Positions 31,064 to 40,630 of a DNA stretch of 64,000 nucleotides are shown piece after piece; position 1 is the first letter of the stretch; each line of letters begins with the position of its first letter. Position numbers and translations under genes: made by a program. The DNA lies in NCBI GenBank assembly GCA_965222615.1, contig CBDCUI010000008.1:928001-992000 (forward strand). Reading direction: 5' to 3'. Source of the DNA: Gammaproteobacteria bacterium. Lineage in GTDB: Bacteria; Pseudomonadota; Gammaproteobacteria; UBA4575. The notes under the pieces are model-generated. The model had not been told where the DNA came from. It saw nothing but the letters and a program-made list of their open reading frames with translations, and ran no database searches.

Positions 31064-31962
31064 AAGAAGCTTATCAACAACAAGTGTCATTGCTGTTAGA
31101 AGTTTTGCCTGAAGTGGCAAAAGAAAAGTGCTTTGCTCTTCATGGTGGCACCGCAATAAACTTGTTTGTGCGAGACATGCCAAGGCTATCAGTGGATATC
31201 GACTTAACGTATATATCTATTGAAGAAAGAGAAATATCACTGCAAAACATTAACCAAGCTCTGCTAAGGATTAAAGAGCGCATCGAAGCACTCAAGCCAC
31301 AGGTAAATGTCATGCATAGAAGCGAGATATGTAAGCTGTATATCTCTGATCGTGGAGTACAAGTGAAAGTTGAAGTAAACATAGTCATTCGCGGGTTGTT
31401 GAGTGCGTCAATAAAGTCATCATTATGTATGCAAGCACAAAATCAATTTGATGCATTTTGTTCCATCGACTTAGTACCTTTTGGGCAACTTTATGGCGGT
31501 AAAATATGTGCTGCAGTTGATCGCCAACACCCACGAGATTTATTTGATGTAAAAATGCTTTTAGACAATGAAGGTTTTTCAGGAGAAATAAAGCAAGGGT
31601 TTCTCCTTAGCTTACTCAGCAGTGACCGACCGATCCATGAGCTATTTAATCCTAGTATGATCAATCAACAGCAGATATTTGATCATCATTTTGAGGGAAT
31701 GACGAAAGAACCTTTTACTTATAAGGAATTCGAGCATACTCGATCAAATTTGGTGGGCATTATTAAGCAAAATCTGACTCAACAAGATAAGGCATTTTTG
31801 CTTAGTGTAAATCGTCTTGAACCTGACTGGACTGACTACGATTTTGAGCGATTCCCAGCAGTGCAATGGAAGATGCAAAACCTTGAAAAATTGAAAGCCA
31901 ATAATTCTAGTAAGTTCTTAGAACAGTGTGATGCGCTCGATGAGGCCTTGTTGACTGAGTAA
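31060..31962 (+). CDS. Nucleotidyltransferase toxin (AbiEii/AbiGii family)
   Basis: FALHGGTAINLF, RLSVDID, GKICAAVDRQHPRDLFD. Confidence 0.88.
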   Translation: MKEAYQQQVSLLLEVLPEVAKEKCFALHGGTAINLFVRDMPRLSVDIDLTYISIEEREISLQNINQALLRIKERIEALKPQVNVMHRSEICKLYISDRGVQVKVEVNIVIRGLLSASIKSSLCMQAQNQFDAFCSIDLVPFGQLYGGKICAAVDRQHPRDLFDVKMLLDNEGFSGEIKQGFLLSLLSSDRPIHELFNPSMINQQQIFDHHFEGMTKEPFTYKEFEHTRSNLVGIIKQNLTQQDKAFLLSVNRLEPDWTDYDFERFPAVQWKMQNLEKLKANNSSKFLEQCDALDEALLTE

Positions 31963-32097
31963 AAAGCAGTCTAGAGTTAACTTTAGGGATTAAGTACGTA
32001 TAATCGCCCGCTTTTGAAGGGCAGAAGCAAAAAAGTAAATGATGGATATAACGTTACAAGTGTGTACACGTTTGTGTACACGGAAGGGAATTTAGAG

Positions 32098-33732
32098 ATG
32101 GCCGATAGGCTACATGTCAGTGAAACCAGGCGCAGAAGGACTTTTGCAATCATTTCACATCCCGATGCTGGGAAGACCACAATTACTGAAAAGCTTTTGC
32201 TTTTTGGTGGCGCGATTCAATTGGCAGGAACAGTTAAAGGGCGCAAGGCGGCACGTCATGCAACTTCCGACTGGATGGAGCTTGAAAAGCAACGCGGTAT
32301 ATCAATTACAAGTTCTGTTATGCAGTTTGATTATAAAAACTGCATTGTAAATTTATTAGATACACCAGGGCATGCTGACTTTTCTGAGGATACTTATAGA
32401 ACTTTAACTGCCGTCGATTCTGCATTGATGGTAATCGATAACGCCAAAGGAGTTGAAGAACGTACCATTAAATTAATGGAAGTGTGTCGGTTACGAAACA
32501 CACCCATAATTACTTTTATCAATAAGCTTGATCGTGATGGACGCGAGCCCATTGAGTTATTAGATGAAGTAGAGAGTGTGTTGAAAATTAAGTGTGCACC
32601 AATTACTTGGCCGATAGGTATGGGTAAACTCTTTAAAGGTGTATTCCATGTGCTAAATGATTCTGTGCATCTATATAACCCAAATCATCAAGGGAAAGTG
32701 CAAAAAGGCGAAGTTGTTGAAGGTTTAAGTAATTCACGTTTAGATGAGCTGATCGGGGATCTGGCGCAAGAGCTACGCGATGAGATTGAACTTGTTAAAG
32801 GAGCAAGTCATGAATTTGATCATCAGGCATATTTGAATGGAGAATTAACACCAGTATTTTTTGGCTCAGCAATCAATAATTTTGGAGTTGCAGAGTTATT
32901 AGAAAAATTTGTCGAATATGCTCCGCCACCCCAACCGAGAGAAGCCAGTATTCAGAAGACGAGTATCTCCGAAACTGAAACAAGGAATGTATCGGCAGAT
33001 GAAGAAAAATTTTCCGGATTTGTATTTAAGATACAAGCTAATATGGATCCTAACCACCGAGATCGACTAGCCTTCTTGAGGATTTGCTCCGGTAGTTTTC
33101 AAAAAGGCATGAAATTACAGCATGTTCGTATCAATCGTGAGGTAAAAATAAGCGATGCCTTGACTTTCATTGCCAAGGATCGAGAACATGTCGATCGTGC
33201 CTATCCGGGTGATATTATTGGCTTGCATAATCATGGCACCATTCGCATTGGTGATGCCTTTACGCAGGGCGAAATGCTGGCTTTTGTCGGTATTCCCAAT
33301 TTTGCCCCCGAATTGTTCCGACGTGCACAATTAAAAGATCCTTTAAAGATGAAGGCCTTGTTGAAAGGTCTTATACAATTATGTGAAGAAGGAGCCACGC
33401 AACTGTTCCGACCTTTAACCAATAATGACTTGATATTAGGAGCAGTTGGAGTATTGCAGTTTGATGTAGTGCAGCATCGACTCAAGCATGAGTACAATGT
33501 TGAGTGTCGGTTTGAACCCGTCAATGTACAAACCGCTCGTTGGGTAAACTGCGATGATGATAAAGAGCTGGCTAAATTTAAGAATAAAACTGAAACCAAT
33601 CTTGCTATGGATCATGGTGATGAACTCGTTTATATCGCGCCCACACGTGTCAATCTTCAAATGGCATTGGAAAAATGGCCCAATATCCAGTTTCGCGCCA
33701 CGCGCGAACATAGTAGCTTTTCTGAACAATAG
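32098..33732 (+). CDS. prfC: Peptide chain release factor 3
   Basis: [36 protein letters not shown]. Confidence 0.97.
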   Translation: MADRLHVSETRRRRTFAIISHPDAGKTTITEKLLLFGGAIQLAGTVKGRKAARHATSDWMELEKQRGISITSSVMQFDYKNCIVNLLDTPGHADFSEDTYRTLTAVDSALMVIDNAKGVEERTIKLMEVCRLRNTPIITFINKLDRDGREPIELLDEVESVLKIKCAPITWPIGMGKLFKGVFHVLNDSVHLYNPNHQGKVQKGEVVEGLSNSRLDELIGDLAQELRDEIELVKGASHEFDHQAYLNGELTPVFFGSAINNFGVAELLEKFVEYAPPPQPREASIQKTSISETETRNVSADEEKFSGFVFKIQANMDPNHRDRLAFLRICSGSFQKGMKLQHVRINREVKISDALTFIAKDREHVDRAYPGDIIGLHNHGTIRIGDAFTQGEMLAFVGIPNFAPELFRRAQLKDPLKMKALLKGLIQLCEEGATQLFRPLTNNDLILGAVGVLQFDVVQHRLKHEYNVECRFEPVNVQTARWVNCDDDKELAKFKNKTETNLAMDHGDELVYIAPTRVNLQMALEKWPNIQFRATREHSSFSEQ

Positions 33733-33753
33733 GGTTTTAATAGGCTGAGTGTT

Positions 33754-34488
33754 TTGACCAACTTTGCAAAAGATCGCCTCTATGCAAGCAAGCAAGACAA
33801 AATAGAGGATTTTGTTTTTGATGAGAAAGTGGCAGATGTTTTTGCTGATATGGTGCAACGTTCAGTACCTGGTTACAAGGCATTGAATGAACTATTGCCG
33901 ACAATTGCAAGTACATTTATTCAATCTGGTACCAATGTATATGATTTAGGTTGTTCTTTGGGTGAAGCTTCATTGCGAATTGCTGAATCAATTTCTTGTG
34001 ATGACATTACCATCTTTGCATTGGACAACTCCAAAGCTATGATTGATCGCCTTAAGGAAAGACTCACTACATTAAATTTTAAGACCGTCATCCAGCCACA
34101 ATTTGCAGATATAGTGGAAGTTAATATTGAAAATGCATCTTTTGTTATTCTTAACTATACCTTACAGTTCATAGATCCATCGGTGCGCGATTATTTAATA
34201 ATAAAAATCTACTCTGGTCTAAATAAACATGGTGCATTATTACTGTCTGAAAAAATAGCGTATGAAGATCCTGGAGAAGATGCATTAATGCAAAAACTTT
34301 ATGAGAATTACAAGCGTAATAATCACTATAGTGATTTAGAAATTAGCCAAAAAAGAGAAGCATTGGAAAACGTATTAGTGCGGGATACCCATGAACGGCA
34401 TATTGAGCGTTTACACAAAGCTGGGTTCTCTAATGTAACTGTACTAGCTAAGTATCTTAATTTTACTACTTACTTGGCAATTAAATGA
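33754..34488 (+). CDS. cmoA: Carboxy-SAM synthase
   Basis: FVFDEKVADVF, RSVPGY, YDLGCSLG, LNYTLQF, EISQKREALE. Confidence 0.93.
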   Translation: MTNFAKDRLYASKQDKIEDFVFDEKVADVFADMVQRSVPGYKALNELLPTIASTFIQSGTNVYDLGCSLGEASLRIAESISCDDITIFALDNSKAMIDRLKERLTTLNFKTVIQPQFADIVEVNIENASFVILNYTLQFIDPSVRDYLIIKIYSGLNKHGALLLSEKIAYEDPGEDALMQKLYENYKRNNHYSDLEISQKREALENVLVRDTHERHIERLHKAGFSNVTVLAKYLNFTTYLAIK

Positions 34489-35468
34489 TTCCAGCAGATC
34501 GAGAAATTCTCCTTAAAAGGCTTAACAAAACAGAGTTAGAAAAATTTAGTACCGAGTTGATTGAACGGCTTGATCAAAAATATGCCAATCCTGAGCATGG
34601 AAATTTTAGTGATTGGCAGAAAATTATTGAATCTCTACCCGCAATCCCGCCATCAGTAATTGATTTTAACCAAGCTGCGCCATTAATCGGTTCAACGCAT
34701 GATTGTTTACCAAAAATACGTGAATCACTTAAAGAAAAACTCAAAACTTTTAATCCTTGGCGTAAAGGTCCATTTAATGTATTTGGTATTTATATTGACT
34801 CTGAATGGCGAAGTGATTGGAAATGGTCACGTATCGCACATCACATTGAACTCAAAGATAAACTTGTCTTAGATATTGGTTGTAGTAATGGCTATTATGC
34901 ACTACGTATGCAGTCCCTGGGGGCTAAATTAATAATAGGTATAGATCCAACCTGGTTATATGTATTTCAATTCTTGGCTTTACAAAAGTATTTAGCAAAC
35001 ATTCAACAGGCTTTTGTTTTACCTTTTAAACTGGAAGATTTGCCAGCAACGCTGACTGGTTTTGACACCGTTTTCTCTATGGGGGTGTTATATCACCGTC
35101 AAGAACCTCAAGAACATTTAAATCAAGCATATGACTTGTTAAAAGAGGGCGGTCAATTGATACTAGAAACATCAATTATTGAAGACAAAGATGCCGACGT
35201 ACTTATTCCTAATGGACGCTATGCCAATATGCGCAATGTATGGATGATTCCGAGCTATGACCTATTAGAGGATTGGTTGAATAAGTCTGGTTTTATGAAT
35301 GTTCAACTCATCGATGTAAGTAAAACTACTAAGCAAGAACAACGTCAGACAGAATGGATGACTGGGTACTCACTCGCCGAGGCCTTAGATCCACATGATT
35401 CAAGTTTAACGGTAGAAGGATATCCTGCACCTTCACGCGCGATGCTAATTACTAGCAAAGTTGCTTAG
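34485..35468 (+). CDS. cmoB: tRNA U34 carboxymethyltransferase
   Basis: PWRKGPF, IDSEWRSDWKW, FSMGVLYH, RYANMRNVW, TVEGYPAP. Confidence 0.94.
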   Translation: MIPADREILLKRLNKTELEKFSTELIERLDQKYANPEHGNFSDWQKIIESLPAIPPSVIDFNQAAPLIGSTHDCLPKIRESLKEKLKTFNPWRKGPFNVFGIYIDSEWRSDWKWSRIAHHIELKDKLVLDIGCSNGYYALRMQSLGAKLIIGIDPTWLYVFQFLALQKYLANIQQAFVLPFKLEDLPATLTGFDTVFSMGVLYHRQEPQEHLNQAYDLLKEGGQLILETSIIEDKDADVLIPNGRYANMRNVWMIPSYDLLEDWLNKSGFMNVQLIDVSKTTKQEQRQTEWMTGYSLAEALDPHDSSLTVEGYPAPSRAMLITSKVA

Positions 35469-35890
35469 TCAGCTCTATGGCGAAGCAAGAGTTCTGAGTA
35501 GGTGAAAATATTTTAAAGTGTAATAACTTTATTTACCTAAAAAAATTTTACCAAGCGAATATTTTGCACGTTCATCCAAAAATATAGTCCGTTTATTTAG
35601 AGATTGACGCTTAATTATTGAAAATTACATTGATTCATTGTTCATCGAATCCATGTTCAAAGAGCACATTGAATACGTGTGATGAAAGAATTGGCATATG
35701 CAGGGATTCACACGTAAAGATCATATAAATTCAACGAGTTACCTTTTATAAAGCTGTTTAAGTCATTCTATCTAGCAGCAGCATATAGATCCCTAAATTA
35801 ATAGTTAATGTGTCGATTCTGTGCCGATACATTAAATATTCTAAGTAGCGAATGAATAATTCTAGATCATTGATTGATATGGGAGATGAG

Positions 35891-36421
35891 CAATGAGAAC
35901 AGCAAAGAGCAAGCGAGCACAGGGATTCACCTTGGTGGAGCTATTAATCGTAGTGATTATATTGGCGATATTGGCGGCAATCATCGTGCCGCAATTTTCT
36001 GCTAGTACCAACGATGCCAAAGCGGCAGCATTACAGTCCAATCTTGCCAACATGCGTTCGGCAATCGAATTCTATTTTCAAGAACACGGCGAATATCCGG
36101 GAGCCAATATTGCCACCGGAGCGACCTGTGTAAATGGAGCAGCGGTAACATCAGGAGCCGCCAATAGTGAAGCGGCCTTATTAGCGCAACTTACGCGTTA
36201 TACGAATGCGGATGGATTAGCGTGTACCGGAAAAGATGCGACGACATTTAAGTATGGGCCGTATTTAAAGAGCGCGATCCCGGATAATCCGGAAGGAACG
36301 AGCAATACTATCACGGTAGTGAATGCTGGGGTATTGGGGTTGACCTCAGGAACGACAGGTGGTTGGCGCTATGACACCGTGACTGGTGAATTCATTGCGG
36401 ATCATTAATCGATAATTCCCT
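35891..36421 (+). repeat. Direct repeat copy 1 (about 530 bp) of the pilin gene
   Basis: Matches 48714-49244 at offset 12823; only one difference seen (T36309/C49132). Confidence 0.93.
35893..36408 (+). CDS. Major (pseudo)pilin, GspG-like, copy 1
   Basis: Class III signal QG/FTLVE, hydrophobic helix, GPYL...PDNP motif, two Cys. Confidence 0.88.
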   Translation: MRTAKSKRAQGFTLVELLIVVIILAILAAIIVPQFSASTNDAKAAALQSNLANMRSAIEFYFQEHGEYPGANIATGATCVNGAAVTSGAANSEAALLAQLTRYTNADGLACTGKDATTFKYGPYLKSAIPDNPEGTSNTITVVNAGVLGLTSGTTGGWRYDTVTGEFIADH

Positions 36422-36471
36422 TGTGTGTGGGGCAGGGGGAATTATGTTAAGGACAACAAAAAGTTTTAAAC

Positions 36472-37605
36472 ATGATTTCATTGAAGCCGATAACGCGTCG
36501 TATTCAAACGGCGGCGTCCTACGTTGAAGACGGATTTATTGGAGTCGATTTTGCGATTGAAAATATAAATCTTGTTCAACTAGGAAAAAATTTTAATGGA
36601 GAAATTGTATTAAAGTCATGCTGTTCCGTCAGATATGATAATACGCGTGAAGAATTATTATCTTCACCGAAAAATCTTCGTCCAATTTTACGTCAAGCTG
36701 TCAAAGAACATGGATTTAAAGGTAAAAAGATTGTTACTTCCATGCCGTCAAGTGACGTTCGAATTATTTCAATCAATTACTCAAAATCTAAAGGCGGTGA
36801 CGATAGCCAAGCAATTCTACAAGCATTAAAAGATCGCGTCGATGAAGACCTTTCACAATATGTGATTGATTATTTGCCAGTGCGTGCAACTGAGAAAGAT
36901 AATGAACAGTTAGCACTTGTTGCAATAGTTAAGCGTGACTTGGTTATTTCATACTTGGAATTATTCCGTTATTCAGGTTTTCAGGTAGAAGCCCTAGAAA
37001 TCAGACCAGCAGCAATTAAGCGCTTAGTATATTCAACACATGTAAAGGAAGATTATGGAAATGTTTTAGTTATAAACTTTGGTGGTGATAAAAGTTTTAT
37101 CACTATCACATCAGGTCGTAGATTATTGTTTGATCAACAATTAAATTTTGGGGCTAATGTGTTAGTTGAAAAAATGGCTAAGGTATTAGAAATGTCTAAG
37201 GAGGCTACTCTTGATCTCATACAAAAGCATGGTTTTGATGTTGACGATGAAGCTCGATCTTCTCAGCTTGCCTACGGAGATGAAGATATAGCTAAAACGT
37301 TACTCGATATTGCAAGGCCAGTGCTTTCTGAACTAATTGAAGAAATTAATAGAATTTTAATATTTGCAGCATCAGAAAATCATGGCGAATCTATAACAAA
37401 AATATATCTGCTAGGCAGTCTTTCGCATTGGAAAGGTGTTGATAAATATTTAGATAAAAAATTAAAAATTTCAGTACAAGCATTAAGCAATCCTCTAGAA
37501 CCTTTTTATACGTCAAGTACTGATAACAACTTTGGAAATAAGCATTCACCTGATTTGGCGATTGCAACAGGTCTCGCATTAAGGGAATTAATCAAAAATG
37601 AGTGA
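36472..37605 (+). CDS. PilM-like actin-fold assembly protein
   Basis: IGVDF, YVIDY, LVINFG, IYLLG, LAIATGLALR. Confidence 0.82.
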   Translation: MISLKPITRRIQTAASYVEDGFIGVDFAIENINLVQLGKNFNGEIVLKSCCSVRYDNTREELLSSPKNLRPILRQAVKEHGFKGKKIVTSMPSSDVRIISINYSKSKGGDDSQAILQALKDRVDEDLSQYVIDYLPVRATEKDNEQLALVAIVKRDLVISYLELFRYSGFQVEALEIRPAAIKRLVYSTHVKEDYGNVLVINFGGDKSFITITSGRRLLFDQQLNFGANVLVEKMAKVLEMSKEATLDLIQKHGFDVDDEARSSQLAYGDEDIAKTLLDIARPVLSELIEEINRILIFAASENHGESITKIYLLGSLSHWKGVDKYLDKKLKISVQALSNPLEPFYTSSTDNNFGNKHSPDLAIATGLALRELIKNE

Positions 37606-38242
37606 AATTGATTTAATTCCAAAAAACTATCGTGAACATATATGGAAGATTAACACGCTTAAGTTATTCGGAGTGATAGTTTTGTGTTTAATTATTACTG
37701 CTGGTGTTGCATATGCGGCGCTAGAGTATGTTAAACAAGAAACTATTTCAGAGATTAATAAATTATCAGAAATTAAAGAAATTACTTCTCAACAACGTGA
37801 AATGCTACAGAAATTGCGCAGTGAAAAGAAAGAATTAGATTATCAATGGAGCTTGTTAAATGGTTTAAGAAGTGCGTTTGCGGCTGAAGATTTATTTGTT
37901 GCGATTGATGATGCAATACAAAATGTTGACGTTTGGTTTTCAAGTATAAAGTTTGAACGCTCAGAAATAGCGCTAGAAAATGAGAATACAGTTAATACTG
38001 GCTATTTCATAATTGTTACACCAGATGAAGAAAAGAAATCGTTAGCTATAGGTACAAAAATGCTTATTACTGGAGAAGCATTAAATCATTCAACCTTATC
38101 ATCATTTGTAAAAAGCTTAATAGATCAACCAGAAATTTTAGATGCAAAGGTGCTCGAAACCTCATTGAATAGAAATAAAAGATCTAAGTATGTGAAGTTT
38201 CATTTAGCTATTACGGTTAACTTGGAAAATAAAATGAGTTAA
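37598..38242 (+). CDS. PilN-like protein
   Basis: EIDLIP N-terminal motif, TM helix, coiled coil, ITGEA. Confidence 0.78.
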   Translation: MSEIDLIPKNYREHIWKINTLKLFGVIVLCLIITAGVAYAALEYVKQETISEINKLSEIKEITSQQREMLQKLRSEKKELDYQWSLLNGLRSAFAAEDLFVAIDDAIQNVDVWFSSIKFERSEIALENENTVNTGYFIIVTPDEEKKSLAIGTKMLITGEALNHSTLSSFVKSLIDQPEILDAKVLETSLNRNKRSKYVKFHLAITVNLENKMS

Positions 38243-38244
38243 TC

Positions 38245-38796
38245 ATGCACGCACTTGACCAAATTAATCAGAAGACATTTTTATTATTGCTTGTTGGTGC
38301 AGTTTTACTATTAGTTGCGACTTCTTCAGTTTATGGAATATGGCCGCAAATAAAAGATATGAAATCTGAATTTACAACACGAAATCAACTTAAAGAATTA
38401 ATCACAAGTAAAGAAAAGTTAGATGAGCAATATACGAAGATGCAAGAAGAAGTAAAAAAAATGAAACGAAACTTAAGAGGTGATATGGCAAATTTACCTG
38501 AAAAAAAAATGGAAGCTTACATTATAGGTGAATTGCAAAATATATCTTGGGAACACGGAATTAATTTGATAGGAGTGAAGCCCGTTAAGGGTAAGGAGAT
38601 TCAGATTTTTCAAGAGATTCTTTTTAAAGTCCAATTGTCTGGAGAATATTTCGATTTATATGATTGGCTTTTTGATTTACGTCAGCAGTTAGGGTTCATC
38701 GTAATTAAAAGCTTAGAGCTAAATCCTATAGCTCAAGACAGTGACAACTCATTGTTGCTAATGAAATTAACGATTGCTTCATATAAGAGTTTATAA
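38245..38796 (+). CDS. PilO-like protein
   Basis: TM helix, coiled coil, LSGEYFDL; position after pilN. Confidence 0.75.
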   Translation: MHALDQINQKTFLLLLVGAVLLLVATSSVYGIWPQIKDMKSEFTTRNQLKELITSKEKLDEQYTKMQEEVKKMKRNLRGDMANLPEKKMEAYIIGELQNISWEHGINLIGVKPVKGKEIQIFQEILFKVQLSGEYFDLYDWLFDLRQQLGFIVIKSLELNPIAQDSDNSLLLMKLTIASYKSL

Positions 38797-38798
38797 AA

Positions 38799-39170
38799 AT
38801 GATATCGAATTGCTTTAAGTTACTTTTGTTAGTAGTGCTAGGCCTGTTGTTTTCAGGGCAGGGTTTTACGGACTCAAACAGGAATAAGCTTACAAAAAAT
38901 CCCTTTATTAAGCCTAGCTTAGTTGATGTCGAAGCTGATAGAACAAGAACTAATTCTAAACAAACACATACATTGTCGAATATCAATTTGCGGGCAACTT
39001 TATCTTCCGATGATGGTTCCTTAGCGAATGTTGACGGGATAATGGTATTTGTTGGTGAAAAAGTAAAGGGGTATGAATTGATTGACGTTAGTGAAGGTTC
39101 TGCCACATTTATTAAAAATGGTAAGAAAATAACTCTCAATGTGAGTGAAATGCACAAAAAATTAAAATGA
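38799..39170 (+). CDS. PilP/MshK-like small exported protein
   Basis: Signal peptide, NPF motif, ANVDG...VGE beta domain; lies between pilO and the secretin. Confidence 0.55.
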   Translation: MISNCFKLLLLVVLGLLFSGQGFTDSNRNKLTKNPFIKPSLVDVEADRTRTNSKQTHTLSNINLRATLSSDDGSLANVDGIMVFVGEKVKGYELIDVSEGSATFIKNGKKITLNVSEMHKKLK

Positions 39171-40618
39171 AATTAATCGATTTTAATAAAACAAAAAGCT
39201 TGCCATTTAGTGTAATGGCTATTTTAGTTTTAGTATTATTTTGTGCAAATATGCATGCAAAAGACTCAAAAAAAATCTCGCTGACTTTTCATGATGTTGA
39301 GATATCAGAAGCAATGGAAATGCTTTCGATAAAAGAGCGTGTAAATATTATTTTAGCTAAAGATGTAGAAGGAACGATATCGGTAAACTTATACAATGTA
39401 ACGTTACGACAAGCAATTTTATCCATTGCCGATGCTGCAGGGTATGCAGTTGAATATAGAAATGGTAGTTATTTTGTGCTTAAGCGCGAAGAAAGTGGCA
39501 AATATGCACAAAGTGGATTAACTGAAATACGTGCATTAAAAGTCGAATATTCTGATGTAAATGTTGTGGAACAAATTCTTGAAACATATTTGTCTGAATA
39601 TGGAAAAATTACAAATCTTGCCGAACGTAAATTGCTTGTGGTAGAAGATTTACCTTCATTTATCGGTCGTATAGAAACCATCTTAGAAGAAATTGATCAA
39701 GAACCTAAACAAATTTTCATTGAAGCAAAAATATTAGAAGTTACATTACGGGATTCAGAATCATTTGGTTTAGATTGGTCAAAATTATTTACTTCGGATG
39801 GCGGAACTGGTGCAGTCGGTACAAGAGGGCTATCGAATCCGCTATCTCCTGGCTTATTTTTTGATTTGGTAACTCCTAATGTAGAAGTTGCGTTGGATAC
39901 CCTATTTACTCGAGGTCGCTTACGCACTTTATCAACGCCTAAGTTACTTGCACTAGAGAACCAAGAAGCAGAAGTAGTAATTGGTGATCGCTTGGGTTTT
40001 CGAGTAACCACAACAATAAATCAAATTACCAGCGAGACTATTGAGTTTTTAGAATCGGGTGTAATTTTACGTGTTCTACCGTCAGTTGATGGTCAGGGAC
40101 GTATTATGCTGACAATTCATCCTGAAGTAAGTACAGGTCGAGTTGAAGATGGAATACCAAATCAAGTTACCACAGAAGTTACAACACAAATGTTGGTTGA
40201 AAATGGACAGACTGTATTTATTGGTGGTTTGATTCGACGCAGTCTAGATCAAAACAGAGAAGGTGTTCCGGTATTAGGTGATATTCCTTTAGTGGGTCGG
40301 GTTTTTTCTAATAAATCAGATAGTAGCTTGAACACAGAAACAGTGGTGATGATAACCCCCCATATTGTAAACGATCACAATAATACATTTAATGCCGCAG
40401 AAAAAGCTCGTGCTATCCGTATTCAAAATGAACTTGAGAATAGAGCTTCAGAGGTAGATTCAAAAATAGATACACACACAAAAAATAAATCGACTGCTAA
40501 TGAACAAAATAAGGCAAGTGCTGATGAGATAAATCCTAGTCAACTCTCAAAAAGCCCATCATTTTCATCAAACTGCATTAATAAACATCCTGCAAACCTT
40601 AATAGCTACGGTTGTTGA
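39167..40618 (+). CDS. Secretin (PilQ/GspD family)
   Basis: QIFIEAKILEV, LSTPKL, GQTVFIGGL, GVPVLGDIPLVGRVF, ITPHIV. Confidence 0.9.
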   Translation: MKLIDFNKTKSLPFSVMAILVLVLFCANMHAKDSKKISLTFHDVEISEAMEMLSIKERVNIILAKDVEGTISVNLYNVTLRQAILSIADAAGYAVEYRNGSYFVLKREESGKYAQSGLTEIRALKVEYSDVNVVEQILETYLSEYGKITNLAERKLLVVEDLPSFIGRIETILEEIDQEPKQIFIEAKILEVTLRDSESFGLDWSKLFTSDGGTGAVGTRGLSNPLSPGLFFDLVTPNVEVALDTLFTRGRLRTLSTPKLLALENQEAEVVIGDRLGFRVTTTINQITSETIEFLESGVILRVLPSVDGQGRIMLTIHPEVSTGRVEDGIPNQVTTEVTTQMLVENGQTVFIGGLIRRSLDQNREGVPVLGDIPLVGRVFSNKSDSSLNTETVVMITPHIVNDHNNTFNAAEKARAIRIQNELENRASEVDSKIDTHTKNKSTANEQNKASADEINPSQLSKSPSFSSNCINKHPANLNSYGC

Positions 40619-40630
40619 TCAAAGTTGAAA

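Noticed and set aside
32140-32170. SXT/R391-type att site in the prfC 5' end
   Set aside because: No second copy was found at the other side of the insert, and there is no integrase.
35691-35706. sigma54 promoter upstream of pilin copy 1 (TTGGCATATG...)
   Set aside because: No GC at the required N10 spacing.
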